DNA from: an uncultured Verrucomicrobiae bacterium
GTDB taxonomy: Bacteria; Verrucomicrobiota; Verrucomicrobiia; Chthoniobacterales; Chthoniobacteraceae
Direction of reading: 5' to 3'
NCBI GenBank assembly: GCA_963769025.1
Contig: CAVYKI010000009.1
Location: 352,001-416,000, forward strand
Length of the DNA stretch: 64,000 nt
A program made the translations under genes and the position numbers. The notes beneath the pieces are model-generated. The model was not told where the DNA came from. It made no database searches and was given only the letters and a program-made list of their open reading frames with translations. Positions 30,586 through 45,679 of this stretch are shown here, piece after piece. Within the stretch, counting starts at the first letter, position 1. Each line of letters begins with the position of its first letter.

Positions 30586-30717
30586 GAAATTTTGGGGAAT
30601 TGAAGGGGGACAGAGGTCGCAAATGGGACGGAAATGTCGAGCGCAAGCTGCCTTGCGATGCAGGGCCGGCATGTTCCCCCTTGCCATCGCCCGAGGGTGA
30701 TCTGCTAATAGGACTTC

Positions 30718-31683
30718 ATGAGTTCGCCCGAAAAGCACCCGACCGTCACCGTCGGCGAATTCTACACGCGCCACTCGGAGGAATTGCAGATGAAGCTGCT
30801 TACTGACGAGGGCGTCGGCCTGAACCGGCGAATCCGCGAGCCCACCGTGAACCGGCCCGGTCTCGCGCTGTGCGGCTTTTATTCGTATTTCGCGGAAAAG
30901 CGAATCCAGGTCCTCGGCTCGGCGGAACTTTCATACCTCAAGAGTCTTTCGGAAAAGGAAATGCGGCAGCGGTGGAGCGCGATCTGCGAGCGTCCGATCC
31001 CGTGTCTCATCGTCGCGCGGCACTATCGCGTGCCCGAGGATCTGCTGGCGGTCGCAAAGGAAAACGGCGTGGCGGTGTTTTCGACGCCGATGGTGACCAT
31101 GCGTTTCATCAACGCGGCGACGCTCGCGTTGGAGTTCGACTTTGCACCGCGCAAGAGCGAGTACGGCAGCATGGTGGATATCCAGGGCATGGGCGTGCTC
31201 ATCCGCGGTTCGAGCGGCATCGGGAAAAGCGAATGCGTCATCGGCCTCATCGAGCGCGGTTATTCGCTCGTGAGCGATGACATGACGCATTTTCGCGCGA
31301 TCGAGGGCCGGAACCTGATGGGGACAAGCTCCGAGTTGACGCGCAACTACATGGAGGTCCGCGGACTCGGGGTAATCAACGTGATGGCGATTTTCGGCAT
31401 CGGCGCCGTCCGGCGCGAAAAGCGGCTCGACCTGGTGGTGACGCTCAAGGACTGGCAGGAGATCGAGGACATCGATCGCACGGGGCTGGAGAGCGAATAT
31501 TTTGAACTTCTCGACATCTATGTGCCCCACGTGACGGTCCCCGTGCGGCCGGGTCGCGACATTCCGCGCCTCGTGGAAGTGGCCGCGCTGGACCAAAAGC
31601 TCAAGACCGTCGGCCACAATAGCGCAATGGAATTTAATGAGCGCCTTCTTGCATCCATGCAGAAAAAGAAGAAAGAAAGCTGA
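30718..31683 (+). CDS. hprK: HPr(Ser) kinase/phosphorylase
   Basis: NRPGLAL, GSSGIGKSE, LVSDD, MEVRGLGVINV, PVRPGR. Confidence 0.96.
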   Translation: MSSPEKHPTVTVGEFYTRHSEELQMKLLTDEGVGLNRRIREPTVNRPGLALCGFYSYFAEKRIQVLGSAELSYLKSLSEKEMRQRWSAICERPIPCLIVARHYRVPEDLLAVAKENGVAVFSTPMVTMRFINAATLALEFDFAPRKSEYGSMVDIQGMGVLIRGSSGIGKSECVIGLIERGYSLVSDDMTHFRAIEGRNLMGTSSELTRNYMEVRGLGVINVMAIFGIGAVRREKRLDLVVTLKDWQEIEDIDRTGLESEYFELLDIYVPHVTVPVRPGRDIPRLVEVAALDQKLKTVGHNSAMEFNERLLASMQKKKKES

Positions 31684-31980
31684 ATGGGCCTACTGAGCCG
31701 CAACCCCGGAACCAAGATCGAAAGGGAAGTCGAGATTCTAAACAAGCTCGGCCTGCACGCGCGTCCTTGTGCGAAGTTCGTGAAGCTCGCGAGCACCTTC
31801 CGCTCTGAAGTATGGGTGGCGAAGGACAGCGATACCGTGAATGGGAAAAGCATCATGGGCCTGATGATGCTCGCTGCGGGGATTGGCAGCCGGCTCACGA
31901 TCCGATGCGAGGGCACGGATTCCGAACAGGCGCTCGCGGCCATCGAGAAGCTCATCCTTTCAAAGTTCGATGAAGACTGA
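31684..31980 (+). CDS. ptsH: Phosphocarrier protein HPr
   Basis: GLHARP (His15), NGKSIMGLMML (Ser46). Confidence 0.96.
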   Translation: MGLLSRNPGTKIEREVEILNKLGLHARPCAKFVKLASTFRSEVWVAKDSDTVNGKSIMGLMMLAAGIGSRLTIRCEGTDSEQALAAIEKLILSKFDED

Positions 31981-33715
31981 GCGACGATTCCAAGGGGTCG
32001 GGGTATCGCCCGGAATCGCCCGAGGAATCGCCTTCATCCACCGGCCCGACGATGATCCGCCACCGCGGAAAATCATCACCGGGGGAGGCGACCGGGAGGT
32101 GGAGCGGCTGCGCGATGCGCTCTGTGCGACGCGGCGCCAGATCGTCGAACTGCAGGAGCGTGTCGAGCAATCGCTCGGCGCGAAGGACGCGGCGATTTTT
32201 GAAGCGCACCTCATGGTCGTCGAGGACGGCGTGATGATCGACGAGGTCGAAAAGATGATCCGTCGCGACTCCTGCAATGCCGAGCACGCGTTCCACACGA
32301 TCGTGCACCGCTACGTGAAGAGCCTCGGCGAGGTCGAGGATCCCTACCTGCGTGAGCGTGCTCTGGACATTCACGACGTGGGCAGGCGGGTGATCCATAA
32401 TCTGCTGGGCCGCGAGCTATCGGCCCTGGCGGGGCTCGATTCGCCGCGGATCGTCATCGCCCACAATCTCACGCCGAGTGACACCGTGCAGGCCACGCGC
32501 GATTTCCTGCTCGGCTTTGCCACCGAGGCCGGGGGCAAGACGTCGCACACCGCCATCATGGCGCGCTCGCTGAATATCCCGGCGGTCGTCGGCCTCCATG
32601 GCAACCTCGCGGACGTCGAGCCAGGCGCCGATGTGCTGCTGGACGGCTACGGCGGCCTCCTGATCGTCCATCCGAATGCGCAGACGCTTTTCGAATATGG
32701 CGCGGTCGAGACCCGCCGCAGGCTGATCGAGGAGGAACTGACGGAGTTGCGGGACGCCCCGGCGACCATGCGCGACGGCACGCACGTGATGCTCTCGGCG
32801 AATATCGAGCAGGCGGACGACATCGGCCAGGCGCTGCGAAGCGGAGCCGAGGGGGTGGGCCTGTTCCGCACGGAGTTTCTCTATTTCAACCGTGACGATC
32901 TGCCTGGCGAGGACGAGCAGTTCGCCGCCTACCGCAAGGTCGTGGAGGCCTCGCTGGCGAAGCCGGTCATCATCCGCACGCTTGATCTCGGTGGTGACAA
33001 AATGCACGCGCAGCTGCATTCGGACGAAGAGGAGAACCCGTTCCTCGGCTGGCGGGCGATTCGCGTCTGCCTGGAGCGGCGGGATATCTTCCGGACCCAA
33101 CTGCGAGCGATTCTCCGGGCCAGCGCGTTCGGCACCGTGAAAATCATGTTCCCGATGATCTCCGGCCTGCCGGAACTCCGCGACGCAAAGGCGGCGCTGG
33201 AGGAATGCCGCGCTGAATTGCGCGATGAGCGCGTGGACTTCGACGAAGACCTGGCGGTGGGAATGATGATCGAGGTCCCAAGCGCCGCGATGATCGCCGA
33301 TCTGCTGGCGAAGGAGGTCGGGTTCTTCAGCCTCGGCACCAACGACCTCGTGCAATACGCGACCGCGGTGGATCGGACGAATGAACGCATCGCGCACCTT
33401 TATGTGCCGACGCATCCCGCGGTGCTGCGCCTCATCAAAATGACGGCGGACGCCGCCCACGCCGCCGGCATCCACGTCGGGCTCTGCGGCGAAATGGGCG
33501 GTGACATTTCCGTGACACCGCTGCTGATTGGCTTGGGCGTCAACGAACTCAGTTGCGGCGCAGCGGTGCTTCCGCGTGTGAAGCGCGCCATCAGCACGCT
33601 CGACATGGCCGCCTGCCGCAGCCTCGCCGAGACGGCGTTGAAGACCGACACCGGTGCCGCGATCCTGACGAAGTGCGAGGAGCTCGCGATGGCGCACTAC
33701 CCGGAACTGCTCTAG
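31970..33715 (+). CDS. ptsI: PEP-protein phosphotransferase (PTS enzyme I)
   Basis: GGKTSHTAIMARS, GVGLFRTEF, ENPFLGWRAIR, SLGTNDLVQY, CGEMGG. Confidence 0.96.
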   Translation: MKTERRFQGVGVSPGIARGIAFIHRPDDDPPPRKIITGGGDREVERLRDALCATRRQIVELQERVEQSLGAKDAAIFEAHLMVVEDGVMIDEVEKMIRRDSCNAEHAFHTIVHRYVKSLGEVEDPYLRERALDIHDVGRRVIHNLLGRELSALAGLDSPRIVIAHNLTPSDTVQATRDFLLGFATEAGGKTSHTAIMARSLNIPAVVGLHGNLADVEPGADVLLDGYGGLLIVHPNAQTLFEYGAVETRRRLIEEELTELRDAPATMRDGTHVMLSANIEQADDIGQALRSGAEGVGLFRTEFLYFNRDDLPGEDEQFAAYRKVVEASLAKPVIIRTLDLGGDKMHAQLHSDEEENPFLGWRAIRVCLERRDIFRTQLRAILRASAFGTVKIMFPMISGLPELRDAKAALEECRAELRDERVDFDEDLAVGMMIEVPSAAMIADLLAKEVGFFSLGTNDLVQYATAVDRTNERIAHLYVPTHPAVLRLIKMTADAAHAAGIHVGLCGEMGGDISVTPLLIGLGVNELSCGAAVLPRVKRAISTLDMAACRSLAETALKTDTGAAILTKCEELAMAHYPELL

Positions 33716-34464
33716 CCCGGCCGCGAAATCCGGCGCACGCATTCATCCAGCACGGCCATGTGTGCGCGGACGCGAAGGTCGAGTGCGGCTTCGGAAGGCG
33801 TCTCGAATGTGAACGTATGTTCCGAGTGAAAATGGTGCAGCCAGATCGCCTCCGGGTATCCCATCTTCGCAAACTTCGCTGGCGAAACGCGCCGGCGGAT
33901 GAGTCCTTGCGTCGACGGGCTGTCGTCGATCTTGCGTCGCGGATCGGGCGGAAGAATTTTCGCCGCCCGCTGCAAAAGTGCATCGCCAAAGCCGCATTTT
34001 CCCCGTGGGACTTCGTAAAGATAAACACCCTGCGCGTCGTAGTCCTCGTGCATCGGCAGTGCGATTTGGAAGCGATGAGGGCGCGTGATTTTCCGCACCG
34101 CGGCGACGACCGGATGGGTGTCGAGATGGAACAGACGGTTCAGGTCGCGCCCCTCGGAGTCGGTGCGGATGTTGTTGCGGAGTCCCCACGGGTTCAGGCA
34201 CGGAAAAAGCAGCAACGGCAATTCCGCGAGGCGCGCAGTGTTGCGCTCCGCCCATTGCAGGAGCGCCTCGGGCCCCGCCGGTTCATCGCCGTGGATTCCA
34301 GCCGAGATGTAGAGGCCCTTCGTCTGCGCGAGCCGGGGAGTCTCCATGTAAAACAGGTCGAAGCCGTCTTCGCTTGCGAGGGGGCGCAGTCGCACGCGGC
34401 CCGCGCGTGCGACGCGACGCCATCGCGCGACGAGGTGCCGGTAGTCGTGGACTCGATGAAGCAT
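33712..34464 (-). CDS. M14 family metallopeptidase (succinylglutamate desuccinylase/aspartoacylase-like)
   Basis: SAGIHGDEPAG, LNPWG, DLNRLF, MHED, TFETPS. Confidence 0.87.
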   Translation of the reverse strand: MLHRVHDYRHLVARWRRVARAGRVRLRPLASEDGFDLFYMETPRLAQTKGLYISAGIHGDEPAGPEALLQWAERNTARLAELPLLLFPCLNPWGLRNNIRTDSEGRDLNRLFHLDTHPVVAAVRKITRPHRFQIALPMHEDYDAQGVYLYEVPRGKCGFGDALLQRAAKILPPDPRRKIDDSPSTQGLIRRRVSPAKFAKMGYPEAIWLHHFHSEHTFTFETPSEAALDLRVRAHMAVLDECVRRISRPG

Positions 34465-34545
34465 GGAATCCCTTTCGCAGATCGGGGCACCGGCAGGTAG
34501 CCGAAAGATGCGCCTTGAGTCCGTGGAGACGCATGGTCGTATCGA

Positions 34546-35205
34546 ATGATGAAACCGACATTTCTCCCCGCCCTCCTGTTCTCGCTGCTTCCGATGTGCG
34601 GGTTCGCCGACCCGGCGAAGTGGGAGAAGGATATCGCCGCCTTTGAACAGGCGGATCGCGAGCACCCGCCGGCCAAGGGCGGGATCGTTTTCACCGGCAG
34701 CTCGACGATTCGCCGGTGGAAGACGCTCGCGGAAGATTTTTCCGGTTTCCGTGTCGTCAATCGCGGCTTCGGCGGATCGCAAATGGAGGACTCGCTCCAT
34801 TTCGCGGAGCGGATCCTGGTGCCGCACGAGCCGGCGGCGGTGGTGATCTTTGCGGGAAGCAACGACATCAACGCCAAGAAGGAGCCAGAGACAGTCGCAA
34901 ACGATTTCAAGGCGTTCGTCGCGAAAGTGCACGCGCGACTCCCGGCGACGAAGATTTGCTTCCTCGAAATCACCACCAGCCCGTTGCGGTGGGCTCAGCG
35001 GGACAAGGTGATCGAGGCCAACCGCCAGATCCGCGCGTTTTGCGGCAAGGCCGAGGGTGTGAAGTTCATCGCAGTGCGCGAGAAATTCCTCGGCGGCAAC
35101 GGCGAGCCACGCGGAGAACTTTTCGAGGCGGATCGGCTGCATCCGAATGCGGCCGGCTACAAGATCCTCGCCGACGAGATTCGCCTGTTCCTCCCGAAAC
35201 AGTGA
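34546..35205 (+). CDS. GDSL/SGNH hydrolase, secreted
   Basis: VFTGSSTI, NRGFGGS, GSND, DRLHPN. Confidence 0.92.
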   Translation: MMKPTFLPALLFSLLPMCGFADPAKWEKDIAAFEQADREHPPAKGGIVFTGSSTIRRWKTLAEDFSGFRVVNRGFGGSQMEDSLHFAERILVPHEPAAVVIFAGSNDINAKKEPETVANDFKAFVAKVHARLPATKICFLEITTSPLRWAQRDKVIEANRQIRAFCGKAEGVKFIAVREKFLGGNGEPRGELFEADRLHPNAAGYKILADEIRLFLPKQ

Positions 35206-35858
35206 CGCGCGCCATCTTCTTCGACGCGGCGGGGACGCTCTTTCACCTCCCGCGCGGGGTCGGCTGGCACTACCGCGAAGTCGCCCGGAGGCATGGCGCG
35301 GAGCTGGATGAAGCGGCGCTGACGGCGGCTTTTCGCGCCGTGTGGAAGGAAGCGCCCCCGCCGCACGAGACGCGGACCATGCGCGCCGACGACGACCGCG
35401 GCTGGTGGCAGGAGTTGGTCGTCCGGGTGCTGGATAAAATCAGCGCCGGTCCCGGGTTGAACCGAGAGGCGTATTTCGCCGAGCTGTGGAGTGAATTCAC
35501 GAAGCCTGGAGTGTGGGAGCTCTATCCCGAGACTCGCGAGGTGCTCTCCTCACTCCATGGACGATACCGGCTGGGTGTCATTTCAAACTTCGACGGCAGG
35601 CTCCGCCAGATCCTGCCGCAGCTCGGCATCGCGGAGTTTTTTGACGACGTGGTCATCTCCAGCGAAGTCGGCGCGGAAAAGCCGTCATCTCACATCTTCG
35701 CCGAGGCGCTGCGCCGTCTCCTCGTGGAAGCCGCAGAAGCGCTGCACGTCGGCGATGAGGCTGAGGCGGATTGGCGCGGCGCGGCAGCGGCTGGGCTGCG
35801 CGTGTTCGAGTTGGAGCGGCCCAAAAATTCGCTGAGCGATCTGCTCGCGTTATTTTGA
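35202..35858 (+). CDS. HAD-IA family hydrolase (REG-2-like)
   Basis: FFDAAGTLF, ISNFDGRL, EKPSSHIF, HVGD; GTG overlaps upstream TGA. Confidence 0.9.
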   Translation: MTRAIFFDAAGTLFHLPRGVGWHYREVARRHGAELDEAALTAAFRAVWKEAPPPHETRTMRADDDRGWWQELVVRVLDKISAGPGLNREAYFAELWSEFTKPGVWELYPETREVLSSLHGRYRLGVISNFDGRLRQILPQLGIAEFFDDVVISSEVGAEKPSSHIFAEALRRLLVEAAEALHVGDEAEADWRGAAAAGLRVFELERPKNSLSDLLALF

Positions 35859-36959
35859 GGTCAGGCTGGCCATCGGCTCCGCGAGGAATTCTTCAAGCCT
35901 GTCCGCGATGAGCCGATGGCCCGCCGCATTCGGGTGGATTCGCTCACCGAATAATTCCTTGTTCGCCGGCCAGGAACGTTCCGTCAGTTCGGGGATTTCG
36001 AGAGCAGGGATTTTCCGCGCGAGCGTCTCCATCCGAAGTTGCTCGCGGTACCGGGTCATCCGAAGCCCCTCGTCGGGATCGCCGGATTCGCCGGGTTCGA
36101 TGCCTGCGGTATTCGGGTCGCGATACACCGGAAGGAGAATCCCGAACCACGCATGATGCCCTCGGCTGATTTCCGCCATCTCGACGAGGTGAGCGACATA
36201 CTCCTCCGCCGAAGTGCGGGGTTCCGGTTCCGCCGGAGTCGCGGCGACGGACGCCCGACGCTTTCCCGCCTCCGCGATGGTGAGCAGGAGCTGGCTGCTG
36301 CCCATGAGCCGGCGCACGAAAATTTGTGCGCCATCCGCAGGCATCGCCACGCGATCGGCGATTCCGGCGGAACGCACATCATTCCATCCGAGGCACGCGA
36401 CCACGATGTCCGGCTTCAGCTTCGCGATGTCGCGCTTCAGCCATGCGAGAGCCTGTGTGCTCGTGTAGCCCGGGCACGCGAGGGGAAGCACCTCGATTTC
36501 ACGACCGGGAAAGGCCGCGCGCAGCTTGCTCTCCAACAGCACCGGGTAAGGCTTTTCCGTTGCGTCAAACCGCGAGGGTTGCTGCCGATCGTGCGCGACC
36601 GGGACGCGGTAGCCGAATGTCACCGAGTCGCCGAGGACGACGATGCGGATGCCCTTTTTCACACCGACATCGTGGTCCATCCGCAGGTGCTGCCCGTTCG
36701 TCGAGACGGGCGTGAAGTCCCACCAGATGTCGCGCAGCTTCGCTTTCAGCCGCCAGCAGAGCAGGGGATCGAACTCGAACATCCCGCCCGTCGTCGCGCC
36801 CTGGGTGTCGGATTGAAGTTGCGGCGAGCTGACGAAGATCGACAGCGGATCGACCCGCTTCCCGAGCAGGCGCACGGCGAGCTCCGCGACCGCGACGAGC
36901 AGCGGCACCAGCAGCACCGAGATGATGAAAAGCTGGAGCTTGGTGCGGGGCGTCGTCAT
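35850..36959 (-). CDS. SGNH/GDSL hydrolase, membrane-anchored
   Basis: VLGDSVTFG, GWND, IHPNAAGH. Confidence 0.88.
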   Translation of the reverse strand: MTTPRTKLQLFIISVLLVPLLVAVAELAVRLLGKRVDPLSIFVSSPQLQSDTQGATTGGMFEFDPLLCWRLKAKLRDIWWDFTPVSTNGQHLRMDHDVGVKKGIRIVVLGDSVTFGYRVPVAHDRQQPSRFDATEKPYPVLLESKLRAAFPGREIEVLPLACPGYTSTQALAWLKRDIAKLKPDIVVACLGWNDVRSAGIADRVAMPADGAQIFVRRLMGSSQLLLTIAEAGKRRASVAATPAEPEPRTSAEEYVAHLVEMAEISRGHHAWFGILLPVYRDPNTAGIEPGESGDPDEGLRMTRYREQLRMETLARKIPALEIPELTERSWPANKELFGERIHPNAAGHRLIADRLEEFLAEPMASLTSK

Positions 36960-36984
36960 GGGCTGGCTGGATGGCTTGCCTGCG

Positions 36985-38409
36985 TCACTTCTTCTGCAAG
37001 CGCGCAGGTTCCCGCGCCGCGGCACCCTTCGTGCGTGTGAGCGCGTCGCCGAGTTCCGAGCGCATCTCGTTCGCAAATGCGGTCAGCGAGGCGACAACCT
37101 CGGGACGCTCCGCTGCGCGATCCGCCGTCTCGCCCACGTCGCCGGTCATGTCATAAAGCTGCGGCTGCGGCACTTTTTCCGGATGGTACTTTGATGGGAT
37201 GCCGCCGGTCGCGCGCGGCATGCCCACGGCGGAACGGTAGGTGTGCGGAAAGACGAGCTTCCAGCGCCCATCGGTGACGGAATGCAGCTCATTGCCGGCG
37301 TACCAAGTGGCGTAGCCGCGGTGCGGGTTCTTCGCGTCCGGCGCGCCGGAAATGATGGGCCAAACGTCGAGCCCGTCGATTTTCCGCTCGGGAAGCTTTG
37401 CGCCGGTGAGCGCCGCGATGGTCGGCAAAATGTCGATCGTCATCAGGCAGGTGTCCGATGCCGTGCCTGCGGGGATTTTGCCCGGCCAGCGCATCACGCA
37501 CGGCACGCGTGTGCCGCCGTCCCAGCTCGTGCCCTTGCCCTCGCGGAGTGGCCCTGCACTGCCCGCGTGGTCGCCGTAGCTGAGCCACGGACCGTTGTCG
37601 CTCGTGAAGATGACCAGTGTGTTGTCATCCACGCCGCTGCGTTTCAGCGCCGCGAGCACCTCGCCGACCGACCAGTCGATTTCCTGAATCACATCGCCGT
37701 AGAGCCCCGCACCCGACTTGCCGTCGAATTTCGAGCTAACAAAGAGCGGAACGTGCGGCATGGAATGGGCGAGGTAGAAAAAGAACGGGCGGTCCTTGTT
37801 CTTCTCGATGAATGCGACGGCGCGCTCGGTGTAGCGCGTGGTGAGCTGCTTTTGATCTTCGGGAGTTACCGCTGGGATCACGACCTTCTCGCCGTCGTAC
37901 ATCGGGAGATCGGGATAGCTGCCGGGCTTCGCCTCGGGGTGATGCGGCCACATGTCGTTCGAGTAGGGCAGGCCGAGCCATTCGTCGAAGCCGCGGCGCA
38001 CGGGCATCCATTCCGGCTTCGCGCCAAGGTGCCACTTTCCGGACATCCCGGTTGCGTAGTTTTTCTGCTTCAGCATCTCCGCGATCGTCATGTCGCCGGG
38101 ATTCAGCCCGATCGGTGAGCCCGGTCCGAGCGCCCCGTGGATGCCCACGCGCGAATGGTAGCTGCCGGTGAGGAGCGCGGCGCGCGACGCGGAACACACC
38201 GCGGAAGAGACGTGGAAGTTGGTGAACTTCCGCCCCTCGGCCGCCATGCGATCGAGGTTCGGCGTCGCGTACCCGCGCTGGCCGAATGGGCCGATGTCGC
38301 CGTAGCCCATGTCGTCGCAGAAGATGATGACGACATTCGGCGGACGCTCCGCAGCGTGGGTAGCGCAAGTGGCGATGGCGGCGAGCAGGAGGAGAACGAG
38401 CGATTTCAC
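36985..38409 (-). CDS. Sulfatase (arylsulfatase A-like)
   Basis: [38 protein letters not shown]; start approximate. Confidence 0.94.
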   Translation of the reverse strand: MKSLVLLLLAAIATCATHAAERPPNVVIIFCDDMGYGDIGPFGQRGYATPNLDRMAAEGRKFTNFHVSSAVCSASRAALLTGSYHSRVGIHGALGPGSPIGLNPGDMTIAEMLKQKNYATGMSGKWHLGAKPEWMPVRRGFDEWLGLPYSNDMWPHHPEAKPGSYPDLPMYDGEKVVIPAVTPEDQKQLTTRYTERAVAFIEKNKDRPFFFYLAHSMPHVPLFVSSKFDGKSGAGLYGDVIQEIDWSVGEVLAALKRSGVDDNTLVIFTSDNGPWLSYGDHAGSAGPLREGKGTSWDGGTRVPCVMRWPGKIPAGTASDTCLMTIDILPTIAALTGAKLPERKIDGLDVWPIISGAPDAKNPHRGYATWYAGNELHSVTDGRWKLVFPHTYRSAVGMPRATGGIPSKYHPEKVPQPQLYDMTGDVGETADRAAERPEVVASLTAFANEMRSELGDALTRTKGAAAREPARLQKK

Positions 38410-38537
38410 GCGCCATGCGTGCCAGACGTCGCGGGTCATTGTCAAAGCGGAGGGCTTGCCGAAGGCCGTCCGCCAGATCGGCGTGCGCCGCTTTGACAAG
38501 CGCGGCAACGGTCGGCATCGTCCGCGCCCTTTCATCC

Positions 38538-41319
<2,782 letters not shown>

Positions 41320-41853
41320 ATGAAGTTCCTCGCCGCCATCGCGCTCCCGATCTACGCGCTCGACCAACTGACGAAGTGGTGGATCTACACCCACTTCGCG
41401 CTCGTGCCGAGCGAGCGGAACATCGCGCTTTTCCCCGAGGCCATCGCGAAGACGGCGCATCTGCCTCTGGAATACGAAGTGATCCCCGGCTGGTTTCAGA
41501 TTGTCCATTGGGGCAACACCGGCGCGGCGTTCAGCTTTCTCAGCGATCATCCGTGGGTGTTCATCCTGCTTTCCATCGTCGCGTTTTTCGCCCTCCTCAT
41601 CGGGTGGAAAAAGAATGTCTTCACCGATGCCCCGTCGCGCCTCGCCGTGCCGCTGCTGCTCGGTGGGATTCTTGGCAATGTCACGGACCGCTTCGTCCAT
41701 GGCTACGTCGTGGATTTTGTCCTCGTGGATCTGCACGTCCGCTTCGCGAACCCGTGGCCGGCGTTCAATGTCGCCGACTCCTGCATCTGCGTCGCCGCGG
41801 CCCTGTTCGTCATCGCCGCGATCCGCGATGCGAGACAACCACGCGCGCAGTGA
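41320..41853 (+). CDS. lspA: Lipoprotein signal peptidase II
   Basis: DQLTK, NTGAAFS, GNVTDR, VVDF, FNVADS; directly after ileS. Confidence 0.96.
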   Translation: MKFLAAIALPIYALDQLTKWWIYTHFALVPSERNIALFPEAIAKTAHLPLEYEVIPGWFQIVHWGNTGAAFSFLSDHPWVFILLSIVAFFALLIGWKKNVFTDAPSRLAVPLLLGGILGNVTDRFVHGYVVDFVLVDLHVRFANPWPAFNVADSCICVAAALFVIAAIRDARQPRAQ

Positions 41854-41859
41854 CGCCGC

Positions 41860-42072
41860 CTACTGCGTCCGGATGTCTGTCAGCTCGGCTGGCGTGAGCA
41901 GCGTGGCGGCCTTGATGAGCCGGCAGAATTCCTTTTTGGTCACGCGGTGATGTTTGCCTTCGCCGGTGGCGAGATTCGTCACCGACTTGTACTGCACCTC
42001 CAGCCGTTCCAGCGCCACGATGCGGAGGAATTCAGCGCCGTGCTTCCAGACTTGGTTTTGCTGCAGTTTCAT
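41860..42072 (-). CDS. Small hypothetical protein (70 aa)
   Basis: MKLQQNQVWKHGAEFLRIVALERLEVQYK...KKEFCRLIKAATLL. Confidence 0.7.
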   Translation of the reverse strand: MKLQQNQVWKHGAEFLRIVALERLEVQYKSVTNLATGEGKHHRVTKKEFCRLIKAATLLTPAELTDIRTQ

Positions 42073-42388
42073 GACCGTCACCTTACCGACGGATGAGCGG
42101 AGAGGAACGCCAAATTCCGGGCGATGAAAGCGCCCGTGGCGCAGGCGCGGTGGCGAGCCTCGCCGAGGTCCTCGCGCCAGCGCCTGGGGGAAATGGAACC
42201 TGTCCAGCGAGTCGGCCCCCCGTGCCGGTTTACGCCCTCGAAGGCATGCCGACACGTGACTGGAGCGGCGAGCGGAGCGGGTGTTTTTGTACAATGTGAT
42301 TGACCGCAGCATCTTGGGCAGCCCTCAGTGCATGGATGTCGGTGGGGAAAAGCCCGAGCCGTCGCACCCAATCAAACACCAGTATCCA

Positions 42389-42835
42389 ATGAACAAGACC
42401 CGCTTTGCCCGTACCGTGGCCGTCCTCCTGCTGCTCGGCAGCGTGCTTTCAGCTCCCCTGCTCCTGACAAATTGCGCGCGCGCGGGAGGTGAAGCGCCGA
42501 CACGGGAAATCGTCGAGAAGGCGATGAGTGAATACTGGACAAAAGCAGCAACTACGGTGAGTCCAAGAAGCGAGCTGACGCTGAACTCGGTGAAGTTTGG
42601 CAATGCCTACAAGGCGACGGCGCAGGAGGTGCAGGTCGAAGGATTCCCGGAAGGTGGAACCGTTACGCCCGCGCTGATTGAATTCACGGTGCGTAACTAT
42701 CATTCGAATGAAACCCAAGCGGTGCGCCGGACGCGGGAGGCAAAGGTCTACAAGGACAAGTTCAACGAATGGAAGGTGCAGACCGGTTCGGTGAGGGGCC
42801 AGGACTCGACGACGAAGGAACCGGCGCAGAAGTGA
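42389..42835 (+). CDS. Hypothetical exported protein
   Basis: Signal-peptide-like N-terminus; convincing codon use. Confidence 0.7.
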   Translation: MNKTRFARTVAVLLLLGSVLSAPLLLTNCARAGGEAPTREIVEKAMSEYWTKAATTVSPRSELTLNSVKFGNAYKATAQEVQVEGFPEGGTVTPALIEFTVRNYHSNETQAVRRTREAKVYKDKFNEWKVQTGSVRGQDSTTKEPAQK

Positions 42836-42980
42836 GGGATGGATGCTTCGGATGCGGCCCCAAGAAGCGGCGTAGCGGAAGTTGATGAGGGGAGGGCGGG
42901 AGGCCCGGGTGCAGCGGCAGGGGCGAAAGGCGGGCCGATTGTTCTTGCTGACCGAACGACGCCGTGGGTAGAGGGATTGC

Positions 42981-43445
42981 ATGGACACACCTGAGAATAT
43001 TCCTGCGAAATCGGACAAGCCGGCGGCCTCCGGCGGCTTCTGGAAAAAAGCGAACAAATGGGTTGCGGTCATCGGCATCATCGTCGCGGCGCTGATTTTC
43101 TTCGGCCGGATGACGATGATGGGAACCAGGTACAAGGTGACCGACAAGGAGTCGGTGAACTATTCGGAAAAGGCGACGGAAGCCGACGCGAAGAAGCTGG
43201 GGGATTTCCTCAAGGCCATCGGTTATTTCAACGCAACCACCGAGAAGGATGTGCTCCTGAAAATGGGCGACAAGGAAGGGACCGTGGTGTCCTTCGTCAT
43301 CAGCGGCCTTGGGCCTGACGACACGATCGCGACGGGGTTCAAGCAGGTCGGCGAAGGCATCGCGGAGGATGGATTCGGGAAGCCGCTGACGGTCCGCTTG
43401 AAGGATACGAAACTGAATACCTTGAAGGACATCAAGGTGGAGTGA
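42981..43445 (+). CDS. Hypothetical membrane-anchored protein
   Basis: Single TM segment WVAVIGIIVAALIFF. Confidence 0.75.
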   Translation: MDTPENIPAKSDKPAASGGFWKKANKWVAVIGIIVAALIFFGRMTMMGTRYKVTDKESVNYSEKATEADAKKLGDFLKAIGYFNATTEKDVLLKMGDKEGTVVSFVISGLGPDDTIATGFKQVGEGIAEDGFGKPLTVRLKDTKLNTLKDIKVE

Positions 43446-43623
43446 TGGCGGTGCCGGGGTGAGGCAGGGTGCGGTGCCCCGCACGGTTCCGGAGGAATTT
43501 GCGCTCCCCTTCTGCGGTGGTCTGGTATCCAACGGTGAAAATGATCCATCATTTCCACATGTGCAGCACATTCAACCGGCAGGGCAGGGGCAGTGGGCGC
43601 GTTTTCCAACGGTGGGCGGGCCG

Positions 43624-45674
<2,051 letters not shown>

Positions 45675-45679
45675 CGTGA

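Noticed and set aside
42073..42388. Possible riboswitch or ncRNA in a 316-bp divergent intergenic region
   Set aside because: No recognisable aptamer consensus or terminator by eye; an Rfam scan would be needed
43464..43485. GCAGGGTGCGGTGCCCCGCACG hairpin resembling a GTAG REP
   Set aside because: GTAG head is mutated and there is no partner; too weak to call
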